Notes under the pieces: model-generated
Told to the model about the DNA's origin: nothing
The model's input: only the letters and a program-made list of their open reading frames with translations
Database searches by the model: none
Part shown: positions 1 through 13,008 of the stretch, one piece after another
Layout of the letters: every line of letters begins with the position of its first letter
How positions within the stretch are numbered: position 1 is the stretch's first letter
Assembly: GCF_006345805.1 (NCBI RefSeq)
Contig: NC_042999.1
Location: forward strand, 130,200,001-130,264,000
Source: Octopus sinensis
Taxonomy: Eukaryota
Direction: 5' to 3'
DNA length: 64,000 nucleotides
Translations under genes and position numbers: made by a program

Positions 1-348
1 CCACAAAATTTCAGTAACTTTTTAGAGTGTGACTTTGGTATTTATCAGCTTGAGAACCATTAGCCTAGTGTGAAAAGTGATAGGTGCACTGTGCTGCAGA
101 TGGTAAGGAGCACACACCACTCAAGTGATTTCGCGCCAGAAATCTCTGCTGTAGATTTATACGTCACTAAACAACATTCCTCTCATATCTACATTCAATG
201 ATTTCGCATGAATTGGTGTTTCTTTTCTAATCACTGGTTCGTTCTTTTCAAACGTCTTTATTGGTAATCGCTCTAGTTAGAGGATACAAGGTGTGTCATA
301 ATCTCTTATCGTTTACTTGTGGTGGGAAACTAACACAATGACACACAC

Positions 349-349
<1 letters not shown>

Positions 350-400
<51 letters not shown>
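350..400. repeat. (TA)n microsatellite
   Basis: Uninterrupted TA run read directly. Confidence 0.98.
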
Positions 401-404
<4 letters not shown>

Positions 405-452
405 CGTGCGTCTGTGTGTGTGTGCGCGCGCGCGCTGGGTGTGTACGACACA

Positions 453-600
453 CTTTCAGTTTCCACCTACCAAATCCACTCACAAGGCTTTGGTTGCCTC
501 AGAGCTATAGTAGAAGACACTTGCTCGAGTTACCGCGCAGTGGAACTGAACCTGGAACCATGTGGTTCGGAAGCAAACTTCTAACAACACAGCCGTGCTA
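453..600 (-). mobile_element. tRNA-derived SINE, CORE-like family (family A)
   Basis: Reverse strand has A-box-like GGCTGTGTTG, B-box-like GGTTCAGTTCC and the conserved body (AAGTGTCTTCTACTATAGC...CCTTGTGAGTGGATTTG...GGAAACTGAAAG); homologous to copies at 6829-7010 and 56322-56482. Confidence 0.85.
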
Positions 601-1702
601 GCTTCTGTCCCAGTAACCTGTGTTTAAAATGTGTTTCATCATTATGAGACACTGAATTTTGAAGATATTTTAAAAACATAATACAAAGTTTTATCTTTGT
701 CAAAGAAAGGCAAGTGAGATTGTTTGATACACATGCTTTTATAACGGCATTAGCAATTCAAGTGATGTCAAATAATTCCAACCATGTCTGTTACCTTTGA
801 TGTAGGGTCAGATCATCAGAAAATCCGTCATATTTTGCTGAAAGTTCTAACAAGTGCATAACTCTTTGTAATCTGTTTAACACATCAGTGATTTATTGCT
901 GGTAGTGACTTGTTTTACTGTGTTGTTTTACACTGAGTCAACCTGTTTGAGCAGATCTCTGACAAAGGCATTTCAATCGCGACCATCCCGCCTTTTTAAT
1001 AGTATGTAAGACTATATTATTTAATGTTTCCATTCATTGTTGAAGACCATAGGGTGAGATTTGAGGGAGATTATTGCTGATATTTCGATTGGGTCGAGTG
1101 ACTACGTAGTAAGGTGTAGGATAAAAGGTACTGTTAGTTCTTAGCCTTTAAAAAAATTATTAGCAACGCTCAAGTGAAATAACTGAAGAATTACAAGCAG
1201 ATATTAAAACCGACATATGTGCTAATGTTTATTGCAAGTTATTGTAGTTAATGGCTTGCAAGGAATGAGTTGCACATGGTTACTCCATATGGTAGAAATA
1301 GCAGCTAGATCTCCTTCAAATTACTTCAGATCGTCTTAAAAAATATGAATAAAAAGACATGACTAAAACGGATTCGATTCATAAGTGTGTTTATTCATGG
1401 CTGAGGTGAGGCTAAACAACAACAACAACACAAGCAACAACAACAATGTCGTTAAATAATACAGAAATATGTTTCTCAATATCACTAAAACGTGACAGCC
1501 ACTATTACGCTTCAGCGTGACTAAAGTTAGTTAAATGATTCAACATTGATGTTTCTATATAATGTTGAAATCTACTGTCGTCAAATGGTGATATATTTAT
1601 GCGCATAAGTCAAACGAAATGAGGCTAGGAAAATAGATCTATGAGATAAACATTTTACATTCACATACGCACACTCGGCCACATACGCACTCGTGCGTTC
1701 AC

Positions 1703-1742
<40 letters not shown>

Positions 1743-2084
1743 AACAAAAACAAAATAAGAACAACTGCAATCTCACACGCATACATTTAACAGACAGCTG
1801 CAGAGGACACGGAAGATCCCTGTCTGAATGACCTCCGAGATTTCGAGATTCGACTTTTTTTTTCTTGCGGAGATATTTCAAAAATATTAGTTTACCAGCA
1901 CAATCGCACCAACATTGAGGGTATATCAACTATGATCAATAATGATTTCGCCAACATGACCGATGAATTATGACATGAAGTTAATCAATCAGTGCCATTG
2001 TGTAGGCTATAGTATATAAATATATTCCTAGATATATTGTGAAGTACACAGTACCATTGAAACAAAACAATATCAACACAACAG

Positions 2085-2085
<1 letters not shown>

Positions 2086-2143
<58 letters not shown>

Positions 2144-2165
2144 AGCACAAAGTGTACGTACGCCG

Positions 2166-2205
<40 letters not shown>
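2086..2205. repeat. (TA)n and (CT)n(TA)n microsatellites
   Basis: Read directly; source of spurious ORFs 1985-2284. Confidence 0.95.
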
Positions 2206-2206
<1 letters not shown>

Positions 2207-3067
2207 AAATACAAAATGGGACAAGAACGCAAAACATCCGGACAACTAGGTGATTCAAAAAGGGACAACAAAACATCCAGATAGACTATACAAAAAACAA
2301 GGACGGGTCATTTGAAGCTTCCTATCCTCAATCAAGAACCGGATCATCCTCGCAATTTCGGCTGATATGTATATATATATACATATAGATAGATAGATAG
2401 ATAGATAAATTGAATAGTTATAAATGCAATATACATATATATGTGTAATAAGCGAAAACGCGCAATTATATCACTGTTTGTATGTAACAATATTTTTTAG
2501 TGTTAAAGAAAAATTATTCCTCTACACACATATTTTTAAAATTTTGCTTGAAAGAATTAAAATATTCGTTAATCAATAAAAATAACTGCATTAAAATTTT
2601 CCATCGTAATTTAGTCATTTTTCATTAATAATGGCAATAACGTGCTAATTAAACCGTCGAAAAGGAGAGAAAATTCAAGAAAATATCTTTTTTGTCTTTG
2701 TTACTAAATTATGATAGTCTAGAAAATAAAATTCTGCTTTAAATAGCAGTATTTATTTTTCAATTTATATTTTCCATTTTTTGGCCTCTTTTGTTTTCTT
2801 AACAATTATGTTGAAATTGGTAATTCTAGTTTAGAATATATTTCCTTTAATTTTTGTTGCTGCTAATTACAAAGCTAATCACAGTACTAAATTAGTCGGT
2901 ATCAATCTTGCAGCAGTAATTGTTTTGGGTTAAAATCCAAGTTAATGACAGCCGTGTGATCAGAAAGTAGATTATGTGTATATCGTGTTTTGTTTTAGAT
3001 TCTTACCAAATCCAGTATAAAGAGGAGAATATTCCAAATTGAGCATGATTTATTTTTATCATTTAAG

Positions 3068-3157
3068 CAAGGGGAAAAGCAGTGCTCGTGAGGCTTTTGT
3101 AGGGCCTCTAAGACTGGTGGAAGAGAAGGAGGAAGATATCCTGAAAGTGGAGACCAG
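3068..3157 (+). CDS. possible isolated coding exon (KGKSSAREAFVGPLRLVEEKEEDILKVET), unidentified
   Basis: 90-nt purine-rich segment, one open frame, flanked by TTTTTATCATTTAAG and CAG|GTCTGA; both splice sites weak. Confidence 0.2.
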
Positions 3158-4206
3158 GTCTGAATGCTTGCAATAGACAGGACTACACGAAAATTACCCA
3201 AAGTGCAAGCTGATGATGTTAAACTGTGCAGACGTATATACTAATATGTTATATATTGCAATGAATTTATCATAAATAGCTAAAAATGAAAATCTACAGC
3301 CAAGCTTCAAGAACTCTAATTTCTACATTAGTTCACAGTAGTCTTTCTCTTTTTCCGCAACTTTAGACTCGACACTCATATCCGTCTGATAGTTGAACTC
3401 TATAACTGTGCGTGAATTTTTTCTGTTTCATAGAATAATATCAGATCTATTGTTTGTATCGGGTTGAAATTTGTATTGGCTTGTTCCACCAGTATTACTT
3501 ATTTTTAAAGATTCAGTGACATTCTGAATCTGGTGTACCTTTGCTATGACAGTCAGCCAGCTCTTCCTGTGGACAGTACCGTAAATAGTTTTGGCAATAA
3601 TGTCTCATAGAAAAATAATACCTTGCGAAGATTTGGGGGGAACTGATGATGATGTGAATAATACTTTTCACCTTGGTATACTACAGTTATAGATTTCTAT
3701 CACATCGTTGAGGTCTGGAGGCATCCTCTTCTTTTTATTGATCAAATATTTAATAAATATTTTCTGCTTCTAAATTACGAAATCTTATCGTTCTATTTGA
3801 AGTGTGATGTAATCTTTCACGGTTCCAAGAGAGGCTATTCTGTAGCTGGTATCTTCTGTTTTGAGGGAATTGCATATATACATAATTTTCTACTGATCTT
3901 ATAACTGACTTCCCCTAGCAAATTTCTGCTTAAGTAGGTTAGTCCGGTTACCCTTGGTTTACACGTAATAACTGTACGATTACATATTCAGGTACCTACT
4001 TATTCAGGAGTTCTTCACTTACTTTAAACATGTTATAATTTTCACTGTTGAGTACACATGTAACACTCATTTTCTCCTTTACTGCTCAGAAGGTGTTATC
4101 TGAATGATATAATATGGCCTACAAAAGCTGTTGGATCGATCTTATGTCTTTGCTTCCATCCCTCTCTATCACATAGATCCTTTGAGTATACAGTTGTTGT
4201 GAAAGC

Positions 4207-4272
4207 TAATATTTTCCTAGTCTAAATGCTGGTACTGATAGTTAATATTTTCCTAGTCTAAATGCTGGTACT
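4207..4272. repeat. 36-bp-period tandem duplication inside the R4/Dong LINE
   Basis: TAATATTTTCCTAGTCTAAATGCTGGTACT at 4207-4236 and 4243-4272. Confidence 0.95.
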
Positions 4273-5167
4273 TGCAGTGGCACTGCAGAAACGTTATGGG
4301 ATATTGTCTTCAGTATGTACAGCTCTGATTTTCATATCTCCATAAGTATTCCTTTGTCACCCTTGCTTTACTCACAGCACCAGCGGATACAACCTTCTCT
4401 TCAATTCTGAAATACTTGTAGTTTCATCATAGGAGATAGGAGAGATAGAGAGGACATTTATATCGATATATTCCTAGAGTAGTCAACAATACTGACTGAT
4501 TGCCAAAAAACACTTATGCTCAATTTTTATATTCTGTGAGAATCTTGAGATCAACCCAGTCTCTTTAAGCTGAAAACATTACCTGAACATAACTACACTC
4601 ATCGACAAAAATATTGAGATAACATGAATTTTCCTTCTCCTCAGCATGTTGAAACATAAACATGTAGCCTTGGTACTTCCTCACAAGGCTATCAAATGGT
4701 TTGTTGCTAGGGCGAAAAAGTAGTACAACACAAGCTGTCACCCTGGAATATTTCTGTCGATAACCTAATTTACGGCTATAGTGCTTCGTGGCTATTTTTG
4801 TTGCTCTAGTTCTTAGAGTATAGACCATGTTGTAGTAAGTCCTTTATTGGCATTGACTATAGCAGATGAAACCTTGGCAAGGGGCACCAACTATAGTATC
4901 CGAGGTACAGAAAGAAACACCTTCTTACTGTTTATCTATACTGCGGATAGGCTATGGCGATGCAGCTTCGTTTCTTTAAGCACAGTTTTCACGAGGTATT
5001 TTTCTACACAGCCACAAACTTTTCTTTTCCCTTGCTTGCTCAACCCTTGCTACATCGTTTATTTCGCAATAATTATGGAGAAACTTATTTAAGCAATCTA
5101 TATATTGTATACACATAACATTTAAGAAAACTGAAGAACTTTAGTTTTTGACATGTGTTTCCACGTT

Positions 5168-5219
5168 CTCAGGTACAAGTGTTGTTCGTGCAACAGCACG
5201 AACAACACTTGTACCTGAG
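5168..5219. repeat. perfect 24-bp inverted repeat with 4-nt loop
   Basis: CTCAGGTACAAGTGTTGTTCGTGC-AACA-GCACGAACAACACTTGTACCTGAG. Confidence 0.97.
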
Positions 5220-6828
5220 GCTGAAGTGAGTTTTCCTATAGAACGTGAGCTTTCTTTTGACAATAACCGACTGACGGGTCTCTCTCACATAATTTTATAT
5301 AAGGTAGTTTCGTAACAAATATCTGAAAATTATTCTCCTTTCCTCCTCCTCCTTCCGTCTCGCTTATTTGATCATATTGTTTCTTTAAACTAAATATTTA
5401 ACCATAATGTATTTGCTTATTTACTTTACTGATACAATCCACGCGAATAACTCCAGGTCATCCTGCGGAACCACATTTACAACTTGGATAGTATCGTCTT
5501 ACATGCTGCGGTATACTATTTGTGGACTATCTACAAATTTGCGGTTGACAAGCATACGTTTTACTACTACTTCTCTTCGCCAGCAAAGATTTCGGCTCAC
5601 TACTCATAGTTATTTTTTAAGGGCAATTAGTCTACCTTGGGTGGCACTCATCAGCAGTACAGTACCCGTAAGTTTTGGAAAGTCTATCATAAGTTCAAAG
5701 CTGGCCGTTCGTGAATACTTTAATCACTTTGTATCTAATTAGCATCTAATTGTATCTTAGTGTCCAGGCTGATGTATTTTTGGAGTGAAAGAATCCATTT
5801 TGATAGTGTGTTATCATATCGATCATTCTCTGCTGCTCCCGTCTATTGGTAATTTCCAAACAGTACACTAAAACATTCAATGTCCCAAAACGTGGAGCAC
5901 CAGTTTGTATTAGGTGTTCTTAATCAACTTGATCGATCACGAATAAAATCAAGCTAGTAGACTTTTTTTTATCGACTCGTGTTGTAATTGTTTTTCACTT
6001 AGTGACTTGCTGATGTAAAGAGTGAAATCCAAATTAACTCTTACCGTGAATTGTGTTTTGAGTCGTTTATAGCTTGCACTCATTTCTATTCCACTGTTTA
6101 TAACCTGCATTCATTTTTATATGGCTGGCACGAGTGAAGACAACAGTCCAACCTTTGTGTTTTGTTAATTATTTTTGCTTTGATAGCGGTTCATGCTTTT
6201 AACAATTTTCTTGAGAATAGAATGTACTGAGCCGTTGTTTTTTTTTTACTTGTATATTTTTAATGGATGAGGAATCGAAGTCAGAACCAAAGTTTTGCAA
6301 AGTGAACTTCGTCAATACACAGCTATACCTGGATCCACTACTCGAAACAAAGTATCCAAATAGACTGGATTATTTCTTTTAACACTTACCAGTTTACTGT
6401 TTGTTATATATCGTGTTTGTTGTATATATGCAGAAAATAACTAAACATGTCAATTAATGAAAAACTTGGGTTTTTCGTGAAGAGTCAAGATAATTTAGAT
6501 ATCAGACTTTTGGTCTTTTAGTCACGAGTTCTGTATTCTGCTATAATTAATATCTTAAGTTGGTACACAAGATTATACTTGTCGATTGAATAGAATAACT
6601 ACTTGACCCTAGAAATATCGAAGACATAAACGTTATCAGTCAATGATGATCTAGCTCCTTGTACATTACTTTTAAGGAAGCTACAGACCTAACCACAGAT
6701 AAAGACTAATGACAAAAACTGATTGGCTTAGTATCGAGTGTATTACATCTTTTATGTTTTTCACTATCTTTTCTGGAAATGAAGTGGTCCAGAGAAATGA
6801 AAAGGAAATTCGGTTCACATGATGTTGA

Positions 6829-7010
6829 GGGGCGCAAGCATAGCTGCGTGATTTAGAAGCTCGTTTTGCGAGAACGTGGTTTCAAGTTCAGTCCCATAGT
6901 GTAGTATCTTGGGCAAATGCCCTCTACTATAGTCCCGATCCGAACAATGCTTTGTGAGTGAATCTAATAAACGGAAACTGCGCGGAAGCCTGTCATACAC
7001 ACGCACATAT
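6829..7010 (+). mobile_element. tRNA-derived SINE, family A (diverged)
   Basis: GGCGCAAGCATAGCTGCGTG head, TTCAAGTTCAGTCCC, CTTGGGCAAATG CORE-like motif, GCTTTGTGAGTG..CGGAAACTG tail. Confidence 0.8.
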
Positions 7011-7317
7011 ACAGGTGTGTGTATCTTTGTGTCTCTACTTGCCCCTCCTACTTGACAAACAGTGTTGGGAAGTCAACCGAAATACTACCGAAATACTACA
7101 CCAGATTTAAAAATACTTCCCTACATCTCCACACATAACCTTAGAAACAATGAAGCCTTCAACATTATCATCCAAAATCTACCCATCCTCACAGGGGATA
7201 AAACAATGAACAAAATTTTAGGCTCACACATAATTATCAAAAGCATAACGCAACCTAAATCATTGAAAAAAAATATTAACCAGCGCAAGACTATATCCAT
7301 TAAAAACGGAGCCAAAA

Positions 7318-7725
7318 GTGAAAAAATGTGGTCGACCTAACTGTGGTACATGCCCCCACCTTTTGGAAAGTTCAGAGTTCCACTTTAAACAAGGTGAAAT
7401 ATTTAAGATTAAATTAAATTTCACCTGTGCCTCGGAAAATCTAATCTATGCCATTACATGCTTAGGGTGTGGTAATCATTATTTTGGCCAAACAAGGATA
7501 TCACTCCGTCGAAGAACCACTCTCCACAAAGAACAAATTCTCCACCCACAATACAGTCAGATACAGGTCAGTGAACACATAGAAAGGTATGCTAGGAACC
7601 TTAATCCGAATGTCCTAATTTTCCCCTTCTATCAATGTTCACAGAACACCTCAGTACAACAAAGAATGAATAAAGAGGCAACTTTCATCAATAAATATCT
7701 TCCACAACTCAATATGAACACATAA
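7318..7725 (+). pseudogene. GIY-YIG endonuclease domain of the Penelope-like element
   Basis: ORF track 7318..7725: LIY..YFG variant of GIY-YIG, conserved R (LRRR), H and E (KEATF) positions; 5' truncated, RT absent. Confidence 0.9.
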
Positions 7726-7903
7726 CTTAATACAGAACACTACTAACCTTTCAGTTAATACCACCCATACATCCCATACACCATTCACATTGCAGATCTA
7801 TATCTACCCTAATTGCACCAAATCCAGACCTATTACCTCCCTTACACATAATCTTTTTACTCAGGGACTAGTAAACCCGATACCGTTCTGTAATCGGTGT
7901 GCA

Positions 7904-7949
7904 TTCAAAGCAGTGATCAGTGATTTTACGAAACCGGTATGCTTTTGAA
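7904..7949 (+). ncRNA. degenerate minimal type I hammerhead ribozyme motif in PLE pLTR
   Basis: Stem I TTCAAAGCA / TGCTTTTGAA, core GTGATCA (2 changes from CTGANGA), stem II GTGA-TT-TTAC, GAAA, palindromic ACCGGT, cleavage triplet GTA. Confidence 0.7.
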
Positions 7950-8149
7950 TCTCTTTAACAATTTATAATAATGACTTTTATTACTTTTTATTCCTACCTC
8001 AGTTCATCTAATTATATATACCTAGCGTTACTTATCATAAAAATGCTTTACTTTTTCTGATTTTTAATGTGCATTTTCGCTTTTTCTTCTTACTTTCCCC
8101 TTACATTTCCACGTGTAGTTTCTATTTTCTTTTTGTAACATATTCCTAT

Positions 8150-8251
8150 TATATTTATATATATATATATTTATACACACACACACATATATATGTACAT
8201 ATATATATATTTATACACACACACACACATATATACATATATATATATATT

Positions 8252-8301
<50 letters not shown>

Positions 8302-8341
8302 CATATATATATATATATATAATATTTATACACACACACAC

Positions 8342-8373
<32 letters not shown>

Positions 8374-8388
8374 TTATACACCACACAC

Positions 8389-8420
<32 letters not shown>

Positions 8421-8479
8421 TTATACACACACACATATATATATATATGCATGTATATATATGTATATATATATATATG

Positions 8480-8528
<49 letters not shown>

Positions 8529-8601
8529 GTATATATATATATATGTATATATATATGTATATATATATGTATATATATACATATATATATACATATATAC
8601 A
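8150..8601. repeat. compound (TA)n/(CA)n/(TATATG)n microsatellite
   Basis: Read directly; source of ORFs 8069-8761. Confidence 0.97.
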
Positions 8602-9173
8602 TGACAGACTAACCCAGAAACAAAAAAAAAATCCTTTTGATTCCACAATGCTCTCCCCCATCAATCAACTTCCCACGCTATTTTCTAAAACTAGCAAACA
8701 TTCCTCACACACACACTACAGGACAGGCGATGATGGATGGAAAGGTTGGTCATGCCCCTAAAATTCTGGATAAATACTTAATGATTCCTTCTGTATATAT
8801 GCTTCTACACAACCATGATTTTTGATGAACTTAAGATAATTATAAATTTATTTTACTACCTATTTTGAACACTTTCATGTAAACTGTTTAAACAAAAAGT
8901 CCCTCTTAACATTTTCTTATCACTGTCAAATATTCTATTTTTTTGAACATTTTCTTATTATCAAAGACTGCATAAATGTACTTAATTCAATTATGATAAC
9001 CATTTTTTAACCCCAAAAAGCTTATACAAAGCTTTATATTTTACTTTCGATAATCTTTTTTTAAAAAAAGTGTAACCTGTCAAGTCAATAAACATCTTTA
9101 AAAGACCTCTGCATTTTCAAACTCTCTTTCCTATATATTTTCACGCGTGCGGTACCGTGCAAGTTTACTTTGT

Positions 9174-9205
<32 letters not shown>

Positions 9206-10838
9206 CTCCCCAGTCATTTTTAGAAGTAGGGTTATCTTCAATCAAAGAGTGAACGTAGCTGTAAACAGCCGATGGGTCGAAATTATCGACTGCCTTATTA
9301 TTTTCCATGGGAGAAAGAGGAGATTGAGTGAGAGAAAGTTACAAGGAAAAATAAACACAGATCGTAGAAATGACTTTAAGCACATTATCTTTTAAAGTAG
9401 ATTTTGATCTTTTACATTAGGTTTTTAAAATAATTATTTCAAAGATTAGCGCATTGTCGCAAATTTGGGGGTGACTTTAATTAATTAAATAGACCTAACC
9501 ATTTGATTGGTTCATATTTTATTGATTTTACAGGCAAATACGTACAAACAAATCTGATGGGATTTGATCTCAGAACATAAATAAATTCAGCAAAGCCGGG
9601 TTGTGGGATGAGGAGGGTGCCTAAGACATTGAAGGAGACTCTATGGAATATATAACTTTCTTCAATGTCTAGAATTCCTCTATGTTCACATTTTCAGGAA
9701 CTCAAACTGAATTTCAGTTACATCAGTCTCACTAAACTAGTCGTACCCACAAGAAATTGAACCCTCTTTAAAATTGACTGAAAGTATTTGAAGTTCAGTA
9801 AATTATTTCTACACGGCCGTCGGAAATGGATCGTGTACTTCGTTTGTTGGAAGCTTATTTCTGTTCTAAGATGATATCTGTCCATTAAAATGTTCAATTT
9901 AAGAGGCTGACAAATTGTTTTTACTCAGTATTCAGCAATCTTTTCCCTATTTTAATCGCTTCAATTTGAGCAGTGAGAGTTTACAGCTGATATCACGTGC
10001 TTACCCCCCCCCTCATACAATTAATCAGAGATAAATTAGTCTTCAGCGATTTGAAATTTCTTTTAAGATGTCATATGCTCTTAAGAAAAGGAAAGGAAAC
10101 AGCTGCAAAATATCACTAGAAAATATTCTCAAGCGCGCACTCACACATTGCTTTCTTGTTTTCCATAAAGTGTGTTACTGTAATGAATCTATCCCAGCTC
10201 TTCGATGCGGTTATGAGGGATTCCTTCTCTCGGAAAAAAACTCCTGTTTTCGGGAGAATACTGGACCTGTTGTGTATTAATAGTTAAACTATTTTAATAT
10301 TTTCTAAATTGATATTTATTCACATACACAAATTGATAAAATATACCCCGCTCTTCAATATTGGCAATCTTTTAACTAACCCTTAGATTTGGAAGACTAA
10401 TTCGATTCTGATCTGAACTCTGCTCTATCCAGTTATACAATGTAATGAATCTAGACTGGCTCTATACTGACCCTCCACTCTCTCATTTACTCTGTTATAT
10501 TAAAGACAATGAAAGAAGACATGAATTATTCTAGATCAATTCTTCGCAAAGTGAACGATTCTGACCCTTGGGGGCGGAATTAATACGGATACTGGGTATA
10601 AAGGGCATGATAGATGTAGTGTTTGCCTTCATCTCCTATTTAAATATCAACTTTTATGCAGCATTTAGATGAACTGCTAGTTAGCTGCAGTCATAACGGC
10701 AATAACAATGACAGCATCAACAAAATAATATACTTCGAAATGTCAATAAGTAAATAAACCCGAATGTTTATAACATTCGTTTATTGTACAGTATTGCTAT
10801 ATAAAGTAGTCACTCGTGTGAAGCTACCATCCAGAACT

Positions 10839-10930
10839 AAATTACTCTACCCTAAGATTAAGAGCCAAAACCAAATTACTCTGCCCTAAAATTAGGAGAC
10901 AGAAACAAATTACTCTGCCCTAAAATTAGG
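10839..10930. repeat. 34-bp minisatellite, about 2.7 copies
   Basis: AAATTACTCT(A/G)CCCTAA(G/A)ATTA(A/G)G starts at 10839, 10873, 10907. Confidence 0.9.
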
Positions 10931-11245
10931 TGTATGTTCACTAAAAATGGGTCGTTAAATTGTAAACAAGGAAAGGTTGAAAAAGAAAAAGGCTGATAGT
11001 TAAAATGATTCTTTATTGCCCACTAGGGGCCAACATAGATGGGGAAAGCACAATCTGATTTGGGGTCAGATACACGATATGATTTCAACATAAAGTTACG
11101 TTTAAAAATTAAACATATAATTATATAATCGAATGATTTACATTAAGCAAAGGACAAAAACAAATGGACTGGTGTTTGGGTTCAGCTCCGACCCCATGAG
11201 CCCCAATCCATCACCGATACCTTTCCAAGACTCTTTATGGCGTAC

Positions 11246-12103
11246 TCACTCGGTTACATCCACTCGCAACACTCGTGCTACATACTTCCATCTGTCATAG
11301 AACAGACAACTCTTCTCCAGCCTCACTTTCCTTTTCAAATGAAAAGCGAAATACCTTTGTAAGGCGAAGTCAGAGATTAAGCTGCCTGCCTTTGTTCCTT
11401 TCATCCTTGTCTTCCATACCACCTCTTTCGCTATTGCTATTACGATGAGAAAACAATTCTTACCTTCATTTGACAACAATTCAGCTGGGTCAATTTTTAT
11501 AATTGACTCAGTCGATAGCTGTACTCTTCCTGCACCAGACAACACATAGAGCGTCTTACAAGTGGCTTCGAACCCTTTCACAAAAAGTGGAAGTGCTGTC
11601 TTTTCGGGCAAGGTAATGATCGATGCGATGAACACATTGGCCACCTCCACCTTCCCTTTCAGGGATAGCCACCGCCATGACCAGGTCTTGACTAAGTAGG
11701 CCACCCTGCTCGAAACCTCGGCCCAGTTCTTCTCTACCTGGAGATCCGGTCCAAACCAGACCCTTAGCAACTTAACCGGCCCCTCCGTCCAGCGTCCTAC
11801 GACGCTGTCTGTAGGTATCGACTTGCCTCTCCAGGTGCCGAGTTGTAAGCCAACCGATTTTTCCAGGTTAACCTTTGTTCCTGCCACCGTCTCGTAAACC
11901 TCAATAGCCTTGCCTACTTCTTGTAGGTGTTCCATTTTGGTCACGCTGATGGTGATATCATCCGCATAAGCTGAAACAAATTCTCCATATCCTGGTTCTC
12001 TCGGGATGCCACTCAACCTTTGCAGTAATGACTCGAGAGCCATCACATACAAAAGTGGTAAAACTAGACACCCTTGACGAACCGAGTGTTTGATACAGAA
12101 CGG
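11246..12103 (-). pseudogene. Tx1-like ORF2 remnant (RT motifs 4-7 fused to C-terminal domain)
   Basis: PFCIKHSVRQGC..LLYVMALESLL..SAYADD (11957-11968)..KVNLEKSVGL..LSLKGKVEVANVFIASII then abrupt jump (about 11612) to C-terminal AKEVVWKTR..FHLKRKVRLE. Confidence 0.92.
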
Positions 12104-13008
12104 TCTTTACATTCATTACGAATGTGGTCTAACTCACCACATTGGAAACATCTAGGTTTTCGCCCCTCAACAATGACTATGAGGGCTTCCGCCCATATTT
12201 CAATTTTTTATGGAATTTTCCCCGGAATTTTGGGTTCTACTTGTATGATCATACTGATGGTCTGTCCAGACCAATTTGTTTTCTGTGTAACTGAAGCCTA
12301 GAGGAGCGTAATTTTCTCCTCCTGGTTCATTATAACAGTCGTCACAAGCCACATGGGATCTATCTTTGGAGGGATTCTTCCAATCCTTATTCTTTATATT
12401 CTCATCCCCATGTACATGGAGATGAATGCTACATCTTCTGTTTTCAGTGTTTCCACCTAGTGGTATTTCGCCCTTTCTTCCTTTTTTATCCTCACCTCTA
12501 TCGTCCCGAATTTCTTCCCTCTTATCGATGTCACACCAAATAGGTTTTAAACATTTTTCTATTTTCTCTTCTTATATCTCGTTGATTTTCCGACTTTTTA
12601 AGTCTTGCAAATTATCATTTTCCCCCCTCTCCTCTTGTAATAGTTTCTCTGGTGGTTGAACTTTCACCACGTTTCCATTTTTTTAAAACATTGTGTTGTA
12701 TTTTTTAAAATTCATTTTTACTCGTCGAGAGTTACCGGGTTCTACCCCCGGCTGCTGAGGCGAAACTTTTTTTCTTTATTTTCCTCCTCTTTTTGCACAC
12801 TAAGTGTATCAATCATTCTCTTAGATACTATGCTTTTCTTTTCTTTTGTAGTCCCATGCAGCAGACTTGGGAGCTCCTCTTGTGTGTTCGTAGGAGATCC
12901 TTCTGTTGATTTTGGCATGTCTTCCAACATGTTCTCCATGGTTTCCTTTGGCTTATCGCCACACGACATTTCTTTCTTCAACACAATAATTGTAGTTATT
13001 CCCCGCAA
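12104..13008 (-). pseudogene. Tx1-like ORF1 (gag-like, CX2CX4HX4C zinc knuckle), with stops/frameshifts
   Basis: FGTIEVR..RIRIGRIPPKIDPMW..VIVEGRKPR-CFQCGELDHIRNEC (knuckle at 12109-12150). Confidence 0.88.

Larger units (their letters stand above)
3300..5900 (-). mobile_element. degenerate R4/Dong-clade non-LTR retrotransposon (RT + restriction-like endonuclease)
   Basis: Manual translation across stops/frameshifts: N-terminal RKVVVKRMLVNRKF..PQIVYRSM (about 5450-5600), RT LKETKLHRHSLSAV*INSKKVFLSVP (about 4900-5000) and IFVDE (4598-4609), then IIHIIISSPK..DIIAKTIY, YWWNKPIQISTRYK and RSDIIL (3431-3448)..TVIEF..KVAEK of the RLE domain. Interrupted at about 5090-5400. Confidence 0.8.
7075..7990 (+). 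mobile_element. Penelope-like element 3' fragment (linker, Cys-rich region, GIY-YIG endonuclease, 3' pLTR)
   Basis: ILPYISTHNLRNNEAFNIIIQNLPIL..KSITQPKSLKK, frameshift in the A-run near 7270, then KILTSARL..KKCGRPNCGTC..FTCASENLIYAITCLGCGNHYFGQTRISLRRR..HKEQI..KEATFINKYLPQLN; typical of Neptune-type PLE C-termini. Confidence 0.92.
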
